From assembly GCA_033763315.1 (NCBI GenBank), contig JANRKS010000007.1, positions 320,001 through 384,000 on the forward strand: DNA of 64,000 nt, given 5' to 3'. The position numbers were made by a program, and so were the translations under genes. Each line of letters starts with the position of its first letter. Positions within the stretch are counted from its first letter, which is position 1. This DNA comes from Deltaproteobacteria bacterium (lineage in GTDB: Bacteria > Myxococcota_A > Polyangia > Fen-1088). The notes below the pieces were generated by a model. The model did no database searches and had not been told where the DNA came from. It was given only the letters and a program-made list of their open reading frames with translations. Below are positions 56,778 through 64,000 of this stretch, piece after piece.

Positions 56778-59459
56778 TTACGCCTGGGCAGCACGTCCAA
56801 GGCGCCGCGCAATGAACTTACGTGCCTCCTCTACCCACAGCACGAGGCTGCCGGCCACGCCGATAAACAACACCTGCTTTGCGTCCAACGGAACCGTATG
56901 AAACACCTGAGCCAACGGCTGCCAATAGATCACCAAGACCTGTAAGGCGTTGCCTAACAATAAGCCACCCATGAGCCAGCGGTTTTGAAGAGCACTTAGA
57001 GTGAAGGCGCTCTTCGTTTCGGAGCGGCAGTTTAAGACGTTGAACCACTCGCACACAGCTAACAGCGTGAAGGTTTCCGTTCGCACCACTTGCAGGGGAA
57101 CATTGTGCTGTGAACGCCAGATGAACCACCCCACCGTGGAAACCACCATGGCTGGGACCATGAAGAACATCCGCCTTCGTAGCAACCGCGACAAAAGGGG
57201 TTCATTGGCGTCGATAGGGGGTCGTGACATTTCGTCGCCTTCAGGCGGATCCATGACCAAGTTGACAGTCAGCACCCCTTCGGTAACCAAGTTGTTCCAC
57301 AAAATCTGAACCGCGAGAAACGGCGGAGGGTATCCCAACATGAGGCCAACCATCAGCACAGACACCTCGGCCGCAGATGTCGAAAGCAAGTGCAGCACCG
57401 TTTTCTTGATGTTGCGGTAAACAACGCGGCCTTCCTCCACGGCAGCCACGATGGTCGCGAAGTTGTCATCCAAAATGATGATCTTGGCCGCCTCCTTTGC
57501 GACCGCCGTTCCCGTGATACCCATGGCAACCCCAACGTTGGCCTTCATCAAAGCGGGCGCATCGTTGACGCCATCGCCGGTCATTGCCACAACGTGGTTC
57601 TGCTTCTGATAAGCGCCAACGATGCGCAATTTCTGAGCAGGATCCACGCGAGCAAACACAGAGATCTTGTCTATGCGTCTTGCAAGTTCAGGATCCGACA
57701 AGCTTGCCAACTCGCGGCCGTCCACAGCTTCGTCCCCGGGCGCCGCGATCCCCAGGGTCGTCGCAATGGCGAGCCCCGTGGCTTTGTGATCTCCTGTCAC
57801 CATCACAGGCCTGATCCCAGCCGCGCGACAACGCATAACCGCGTCTTTGACTTCGCTGCGCGGTGGATCCATTTGGCCAACCAAGCCAAGCAAGGTTGCG
57901 GATGAGCCAAACGCACGAAAACCAGTGGTTTGATCGATGCCAACGTCAGTCACCTTCGCCACGGCCAAAACGCGCAATGCACGGGCGGCCATCTGTTCCG
58001 CCGCTTGCTTGAGCGCTGCGTGGTCCTGTCCCGCGCAAAGGTCAAACACGGCTTCGGGCGCGCCTTTGATGAAGACCTGCACCCCCTGTTCTGTCTTGTG
58101 CTGCGTTGCCATCATGCGTGCAGCGGCATCGAACGGCAACTCTGCTTCCCGGCGGTTGTGTTCGCGCAGCTCAGCAGGATTCAAGCCACCCTTCATCGCA
58201 AAGACGATCAGCGCTACCTCAGTGGGATCGCCCAACGGCTTCCAAGCGCCCGCTTCACCCTCGGGTGGCAACAACTTGGCGTCGTTGCACAGCACGCACG
58301 CGCGCATCAACTCGATAAGCAGGTCATCATTGGCGGCGGCCACGTCTTGATCGTCGTGCTTAAAGGCGCCGCGCGGCTCATAGCCGGTGCCAGCAACTTC
58401 ATAGCTTCGCCCGCCCGCCATCACGACATGCGTGACGGTCATCTCGTTCTTGGTAAGCGTGCCTGTCTTGTCGGTGCAGATCACGGTGGTTGCACCCAAA
58501 GTTTCCACGGCTGACAACCGCCGCACGACAGCCTTCCGCCGAGCCATTCGCTGCACGCCCACGGACAGAGCGACGGTCATGGCCACCGGGAGCCCTTCTG
58601 GAACCATACCGACGACTTGGCTGATCGCAACCATCACAAGTTCACCAAGCGAGATGCCGCGGGCCAAGCCAATCGCAATAACCAACACGAACATAGCGCC
58701 AGCGGCCCAGATAATGTATCGCCCAAACTGAGCGATGCGTGCTTCAAGAGGCGTTTGTGAAGCCTTCGCTTGCTGCGCGAGCTGGGCAATGTGGCCGATT
58801 TCACGTGCGGCGCCCGTGGCCACAACCACCACGCGGCCTCTGCCTGCCACCACGTTGGTGCCAGCAAAAACCATGTTGGTTCGGTCACCCAACGCGGCCT
58901 CGCCGGGCACAGGCTGACAGACCTTGTGCACCGGCACGGATTCACCGGTCAAGGCGGCCTCGGCCACCGCCAACGCGTGAGCGGAAAGCACATAGCCATC
59001 AGCCACGACGGCATCGCCCGCCTCCAGCAAGAGGATGTCCCCTGCAACGACATCGCTCGCTTCCACGAGTGCCTCATTGCGACCGCGCACAACCCTGGCA
59101 GTTTGGACCGCCAACCGCGAAAGTGCGTCCAGCGACCTTTGGGCGCGCCCTTCCTGCAAGGCACCGATGAGTGAGTTGACCGTGACAACAACCAGAATGA
59201 CGATGCCGTCGTTGGTGTGCTTCATGGCGAACGCCACCGCGGCCACCGCGAACAGCAGATAGATCAATGGGCTGGCAAACTGCCCAATGAACACGCTGGC
59301 CCACGAGCGTCGCTTTCCTTCCTCAAGAGTGTTTGCCCCCCACCGCCGCAGCCGTTCTTGCGCCTCTTCGGTGGTTAAGCCGTCGATTTCGTGCGACGAC
59401 AGCGCATCCAAAACGGCTTGCCGGTCGAGCGCATGCCACAGGTGCGTTTCTCGGTCCAT
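56778..59459 (-). CDS. P-type cation-transporting ATPase (type IIA, Ca2+-like)
   Basis: LTGES, VPEGL, DKTGTLT, KGAPE, TGDH, GDGVND. Confidence 0.96.
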   Translation of the reverse strand: MDRETHLWHALDRQAVLDALSSHEIDGLTTEEAQERLRRWGANTLEEGKRRSWASVFIGQFASPLIYLLFAVAAVAFAMKHTNDGIVILVVVTVNSLIGALQEGRAQRSLDALSRLAVQTARVVRGRNEALVEASDVVAGDILLLEAGDAVVADGYVLSAHALAVAEAALTGESVPVHKVCQPVPGEAALGDRTNMVFAGTNVVAGRGRVVVVATGAAREIGHIAQLAQQAKASQTPLEARIAQFGRYIIWAAGAMFVLVIAIGLARGISLGELVMVAISQVVGMVPEGLPVAMTVALSVGVQRMARRKAVVRRLSAVETLGATTVICTDKTGTLTKNEMTVTHVVMAGGRSYEVAGTGYEPRGAFKHDDQDVAAANDDLLIELMRACVLCNDAKLLPPEGEAGAWKPLGDPTEVALIVFAMKGGLNPAELREHNRREAELPFDAAARMMATQHKTEQGVQVFIKGAPEAVFDLCAGQDHAALKQAAEQMAARALRVLAVAKVTDVGIDQTTGFRAFGSSATLLGLVGQMDPPRSEVKDAVMRCRAAGIRPVMVTGDHKATGLAIATTLGIAAPGDEAVDGRELASLSDPELARRIDKISVFARVDPAQKLRIVGAYQKQNHVVAMTGDGVNDAPALMKANVGVAMGITGTAVAKEAAKIIILDDNFATIVAAVEEGRVVYRNIKKTVLHLLSTSAAEVSVLMVGLMLGYPPPFLAVQILWNNLVTEGVLTVNLVMDPPEGDEMSRPPIDANEPLLSRLLRRRMFFMVPAMVVSTVGWFIWRSQHNVPLQVVRTETFTLLAVCEWFNVLNCRSETKSAFTLSALQNRWLMGGLLLGNALQVLVIYWQPLAQVFHTVPLDAKQVLFIGVAGSLVLWVEEARKFIARRLGRAAQA

Positions 59460-59514
59460 GGCGGCGAATCTATCGCATTTGGCCAGGCAATATGGCTAAG
59501 CCGTTGAATCGATG

Positions 59515-60444
59515 TCACATATAGCCGCCGCGGCGCAATTCTTCTAAGCCGTGCTTGCCATCTTGCAACCGTCCCGACCGTTCAGCGATGTTCTTGAGTT
59601 TTCCTGAACGCAACTCAACCAACACTTCTTGCGGGTTACGGGCATTGCTTTCGATCGACGCCTGGCAAGGCTCGCACCCCAGGCTGCGGTAGCGTCGCCC
59701 TGTGCCGCGGTCGTAGTAAAGGCCGACGGTGGGGATGTTCTCGCGCTCGATGTATTCCCACACGTGCGCTTCCGTCCAATCGAGCAGCGGGTGAATGCGC
59801 ACGTGCGTGCCCGGGGCGAAGTCGGTTTTAAATTGGTTCCAAAACTCGGGAGGCTGATCGCCCAGATCCCACGAGTGGTGCTTGTCGCGCGGCGAGAACG
59901 TGCGCTCCTTCGATCGGCTGCCCTCTTCGTCCGCACGCGCACCCACGATGACCCCCGTGTAAGGATCTTTGTCTTCATCAACCACGAAGCTCGCCGTTTC
60001 ATGGTCAAACCGTCGGCGGGTCATTGAGCCATCAAGCGTGTGCTTTAGCGCTTCGCTCTTGAGACGGGAGCAGCAGGCAAAGCGCGTGATTTTGTTTGGA
60101 TCACTGTCTTGCAGATGCATCGTGGCTGGGAACGTGAGCCCCTGCTCGATCGCGGCGTCGTTGCGCCCCACGATCAAGCGCAAGCCCCAATCCTTCGCCA
60201 ACTTATCTCGGTACTCAAGCATTTCCGCCAGCTCATAGCCTTCGTCGATATGCACCAGAGGAAACGGCACGTGCCCGAAGAACGCTTTGCGTGCCAGCCA
60301 CAACATCACTGTGGAGTCTTTGCCGATCGACCACAACATGCACAGCCTATCGAAGTGCCTATAGGCCTCACGCAAGATGTAGACACTTTGCTGTTCCAAG
60401 GCATCAATGCCTTGCGGGCCATAAGCCGCGGCGGCGTTCTCCAT
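59515..60444 (-). CDS. cysD: Sulfate adenylyltransferase subunit 2
   Basis: [46 protein letters not shown]-terminal GYM. Confidence 0.95.
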   Translation of the reverse strand: MENAAAAYGPQGIDALEQQSVYILREAYRHFDRLCMLWSIGKDSTVMLWLARKAFFGHVPFPLVHIDEGYELAEMLEYRDKLAKDWGLRLIVGRNDAAIEQGLTFPATMHLQDSDPNKITRFACCSRLKSEALKHTLDGSMTRRRFDHETASFVVDEDKDPYTGVIVGARADEEGSRSKERTFSPRDKHHSWDLGDQPPEFWNQFKTDFAPGTHVRIHPLLDWTEAHVWEYIERENIPTVGLYYDRGTGRRYRSLGCEPCQASIESNARNPQEVLVELRSGKLKNIAERSGRLQDGKHGLEELRRGGYM

Positions 60445-60469
60445 ACACGACAGTATTTGCAAACATTCG

Positions 60470-60478
60470 ATTATATCA
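60470..60478 (-). promoter_or_regulatory. Extended -10 sigma70 promoter of cysD
   Basis: Minus strand TGA-TATAAT in an AT-rich patch, 25 nt upstream of the ATG at 60444. Confidence 0.65.
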
Positions 60479-60543
60479 ACACTTCACATTAATACATCGA
60501 TATTATCTATTACAACCGAAAGCTTTTCCGAAATGCAGGCTGC

Positions 60544-63500
60544 TCATTTCTTGAACCAGTAAAGCAGGATGCCTTTGCCACTCCCGGTAAACACGCCGGC
60601 GTCGCCCACGCCTCCGATTTGGAAGGCCATGAATCTTCCATCTGTGGAGGCCACGGGGTTGGACGCGTGCCAGTTCTTCCACTCGCTAAAGAACGTCAGC
60701 CGCTTCCACACTTGGCCGTCGCCATCAAGCTGCAGCTTGTAGATATCGATCGGCCAACCATTGATTCCAGCGAAAAGATTGCGGTCTATGCTGTGGCGGT
60801 CGCTTTCCACCAGCGTCCAAGGGAAACCCTTTTCGCCGTCACTCACGGCCGGCAAGATGCCTTCCGGCTCATTGTGTACGGTGGGATCATAACTTGCCTC
60901 CTTCACCTTGCCTTTCACTAAGTCAGCCACCATCACAACGGCGCTTTCTTTGCCCTGCGCCGATGTTTTGTAACAGGAGAAGGTGAGCTTGTTGTCCCCG
61001 TCGAAGAAGTCTTGGGCTTCCAGCTTGCACGGAGGATGCACCGATTGGTACACCACCTTCTGGTTTACGATTTTGGCGGTGGCGGCCGTTGAATCGATCT
61101 GCAGTTCGCCCGTAAATAAGCGATAGTTGTCTTTGCCAAGGGCTTTGTTTTGGACGCCGCTTTCTGACCAGGCGAGCTTCATCGTCGTCTTTGAAACCGC
61201 GGCGCCTTCGAACAATTTCACACCAAGGCGCACGGGCCGGCTGCCCGGTTTGCTTGATAGAAACCACAATTGGTTCTCCTCGCCGCGGCCGCGTCCCAGA
61301 TCATCAATGTAGATGTGAGGGGGGCCGATCAGCAGGTAATCGCCCGACCAAAGGTGCATCACGCGCAGGAACGCGGCACCTGGAATGTCACAAGTCAGGC
61401 AACGGATCTGGCGTGTGGCCAGATCGATTTCAAACGCATCACCAAAGCTTTTTCCCATGAAGGCCACCCGCTTGTTGTCGGGCGAAATGGAAGCGCGCTC
61501 GCCAAACGTGGTCAGCTGTTCGATGTGGCTTGGCAAGCTCTGCAAAGGGCTGCCCTCTTTAAGCGCCAAGGGTGATTCAACCGGCGCCGGCGCGGGGGGC
61601 GCGGGCGCTTTGAAATGGTAGTCGCCGCTTGGCACCGAAAACACGGCCACATCCTTCTCCGCGCGCACAAATTTCACACCCTTGGCACGCGCGATCGCCA
61701 CGCCACTTTCAGTGACCGCTTTCGGATCCGACGTTGGCACGAAGACGGTGGCTGTGGCTCCCACGGGGATCAAAACGTCTAACTGGGTTTCACCACGCTC
61801 GACGCGAAAATGCGTACGGATCAAGCCGCGGGCGGATTCGTATTCGCCCTTGGCCCACGGTGTGCCATCCAACCAGCGCGGATGAATCACAATCTTGTCA
61901 AAGCCCACCGCGTCCGGCGCGGGCGCGATGCCGGCCACGCTCTTCCAGAACCACTCGCTGATCGAGCCAAACATCGGGTGGTTGTGTGACCCCACAAGTT
62001 CATCCAAACGCCACGCTTCCCACAATGTGGTCGCGCCCTGGGAAAGCATGTACCCCCAACCGGGGTACGTCTTGCGTGTGGCCACAAGATTGGCGATGTC
62101 GGCGCGGCCGTTGTCGCTCAAAACGCTGAGCAGGTATTTGGTTCCAAAGATTCCCGTCGAAAGGTGGCCGTTGCGCTGCACCACCACGTCATCCACAAGC
62201 GCATCCACCACGGCTTGCCGACGCTTGGGCGGTACCAAATCCATGTACAGCGCATACGTCAAACTCGTTTGGTCGCCCGCGCCAGGCAGGCCCGTTGCTT
62301 TATCAGTGAGGGTCTGCTGTATCGTGCGCTTCACACTGTTAGCCACAACCTCATACTTGCGCTGATCGCCCGCCTTCCCCAGAACGCCCGCCATCCGCGA
62401 CAACAGCGTGGCGCTCCAATAGTAAAACGCGGTGCCGGTGAAGGCCGCAGGCTTGTTGGTCAGCGACTCGTGATCGCTTATGTCATGATCAATCACGCCT
62501 CCGTGCCTATCGGCCACCTTCTTGATGAAATCCACCCAGCGCTTGGCCACGTCATACTGCTCTTCGATCAAACGCCGATCGCCGTAGTATTGATACAGGT
62601 GCCACACCACCACCGGGTGGGCGCTGCCCCAGCCGATCGCAGACACCCCGCGTTCGCCATCGCCGCCGATGCCCACGTAGGGAGCCGTGGTGGGCAAAGC
62701 TCCGTTCGCAAATTGCCCGTCTTCCAGATCACGCGCGGATTTTGCGTAGAACTGGCTCATATCGTAGTTGAGCATTGCCATTTCAGACGCCGTGATGATG
62801 TCGCCGCCGTAACCCAAGCGCTCGCGGTGCGGGCAGTCTGATTCAACGCTAAAGATGTTGGAAAGCAACGTCCACTGCGTGACGTTGTGAATGCGGTTGA
62901 ATAGTTCATTGCCGCTGTCAAACCGTCCTGCGGGCGTCACATCGCTGTTCAGACGTAAGCCTTCGATCGCCTCCAACGTGGGCTTTCCGGGATACCCTTC
63001 GATCGCAACGTATCGAAAGCCGTGCCACGTAAACCGCGGCGTATACGTCTCAACAGCCCCTGTGCCTTTGAGCAGGACCACATCCATCTGCCACGCTGTC
63101 TTCGGAGCCTTTTCGTCTTCGGGCCTATAGCCCACCACATCCAACTCTTGCTTCCACTGCTTGATCATGGTGGACGTGCTGGTGGTTCCATTGGGTGTGC
63201 CATCGGGGTAAAGCAGCTCGGCGTAGCGCAATGAAATGCGCGTGCCGGCGGCGCCTTTCGCTTTCAACGTGACCCAACCCGCAAAGTTCTGGCCCATGTC
63301 CACCACAAACAACCCCGGCTTGGGTTCGGTGATGGCCACGGGTTTCACTGTACGCGTCACGCGAATCGGCGGCTGCGCTTGCGCTTGCAATGGCCCCACA
63401 GCGGTCGTCGCCAGCTTCGCGGCGGGCCATGCGCGATCATCAAAGCCAGGCTTGTCCCAGCCTTCTGGATGCTTGCGCGCGTCGAAGTATTCGCCGAGGT

Positions 63501-64000
63501 AGACATCGTTTCGCAGCAAACCTGAAGCTCCCACCTTCCAAGAAGCGTCGGTGCCGATCGTCTCGCGCGTGCCGTCGGTGTATTGCACCTCCAGCTGCAT
63601 GATCACGCGGGGTTCGCCGTGCGCGAGCGTTTGGTCGAAATGGAAGTGGTTAAAAAAGTCTTGCGGTTGCAAGTTCCACCACCCGTTGCCCACGAACGCG
63701 CCTAAGGTGTTCGGGCCTTGCTTCAGCAACGGCGTCACATCGTGCGTGGCATAAAGCACGCGTTTGGCATAAGCGGTCCACCCTGGATCAAGCACGTGAT
63801 CTCCCACGCGCACGCCATTGCACGAGGCCTCGAGGTAACCCAAACCCGCGGCATAAAGGCGCGCTTTGGACACAGGCTTTGCGAGCGTGAAGGTTTTGCG
63901 AAACAGCGGCGCGGGGCGGAGCTTCCAGCGCTCTTGCACCGTCAACGGTTGCGCAGTCGCGTTGTCGATCCACACCGCCTTCCAATCCTTGGCATCAAGG
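60544..64000 (-). CDS. GH78 alpha-L-rhamnosidase fused to a C-terminal TolB-like propeller (partial, 5' end outside window)
   Basis: APLFRKTF, VDMGQNFAG, FTWHGFRY, SDCPHRERLGYGGD, GATTLWE, SHNHPMFG; PAPPAPAP linker; frame stays open upstream of 63975 (LDAKDWKAVWID). Confidence 0.93.
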   Translation of the reverse strand, partial: LDAKDWKAVWIDNATAQPLTVQERWKLRPAPLFRKTFTLAKPVSKARLYAAGLGYLEASCNGVRVGDHVLDPGWTAYAKRVLYATHDVTPLLKQGPNTLGAFVGNGWWNLQPQDFFNHFHFDQTLAHGEPRVIMQLEVQYTDGTRETIGTDASWKVGASGLLRNDVYLGEYFDARKHPEGWDKPGFDDRAWPAAKLATTAVGPLQAQAQPPIRVTRTVKPVAITEPKPGLFVVDMGQNFAGWVTLKAKGAAGTRISLRYAELLYPDGTPNGTTSTSTMIKQWKQELDVVGYRPEDEKAPKTAWQMDVVLLKGTGAVETYTPRFTWHGFRYVAIEGYPGKPTLEAIEGLRLNSDVTPAGRFDSGNELFNRIHNVTQWTLLSNIFSVESDCPHRERLGYGGDIITASEMAMLNYDMSQFYAKSARDLEDGQFANGALPTTAPYVGIGGDGERGVSAIGWGSAHPVVVWHLYQYYGDRRLIEEQYDVAKRWVDFIKKVADRHGGVIDHDISDHESLTNKPAAFTGTAFYYWSATLLSRMAGVLGKAGDQRKYEVVANSVKRTIQQTLTDKATGLPGAGDQTSLTYALYMDLVPPKRRQAVVDALVDDVVVQRNGHLSTGIFGTKYLLSVLSDNGRADIANLVATRKTYPGWGYMLSQGATTLWEAWRLDELVGSHNHPMFGSISEWFWKSVAGIAPAPDAVGFDKIVIHPRWLDGTPWAKGEYESARGLIRTHFRVERGETQLDVLIPVGATATVFVPTSDPKAVTESGVAIARAKGVKFVRAEKDVAVFSVPSGDYHFKAPAPPAPAPVESPLALKEGSPLQSLPSHIEQLTTFGERASISPDNKRVAFMGKSFGDAFEIDLATRQIRCLTCDIPGAAFLRVMHLWSGDYLLIGPPHIYIDDLGRGRGEENQLWFLSSKPGSRPVRLGVKLFEGAAVSKTTMKLAWSESGVQNKALGKDNYRLFTGELQIDSTAATAKIVNQKVVYQSVHPPCKLEAQDFFDGDNKLTFSCYKTSAQGKESAVVMVADLVKGKVKEASYDPTVHNEPEGILPAVSDGEKGFPWTLVESDRHSIDRNLFAGINGWPIDIYKLQLDGDGQVWKRLTFFSEWKNWHASNPVASTDGRFMAFQIGGVGDAGVFTGSGKGILLYWFKK

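Noticed and set aside
59480-59505. GG...TTGC upstream of the P-type ATPase
   Set aside because: Spacing is two bases too long for RpoN.

Overview
64 kb of a GC-rich, gene-dense bacterial chromosome. AgmX/PglI-type TonB-C lipoproteins, a TIGR02266-like PilZ protein, a DUF4388/DnaJ/TPR protein, a Hanks kinase and a MYXO-CTERM-like tail point to Myxococcota (inference). Left end: a minus-strand sugar-oxidation cluster (TIM-barrel epimerase/eliminase, Gfo/Idh/MocA oxidoreductase, secreted beta-propeller, and a >733-aa lipoprotein with at least 5 CxxCH motifs that the ORF track missed), with a DUF1080 gene nearby. Middle: housekeeping genes (def, folB, yggX, two tRNA-Ser, SRP RNA, ilvE, glmU, pxpBAC, ftsEX-envC-ctpA-like, nrdJ with tandem NrdR boxes, ada). 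Right part (49-57 kb): a stress/dormancy block with tandem ku genes, ligD, general-stress oxidoreductases and small secreted low-complexity proteins. Five of its transcription units are each preceded by a correctly spaced sigma54-type GG-N8-TTGCA element, which is the most striking signal I found. The window ends with a P-type ATPase, an orphan cysD and a GH78 rhamnosidase fused to an extra propeller domain. No CRISPR array, integrase, transposase or rRNA was seen. All family calls come from motif recognition by eye; no database searches were run.
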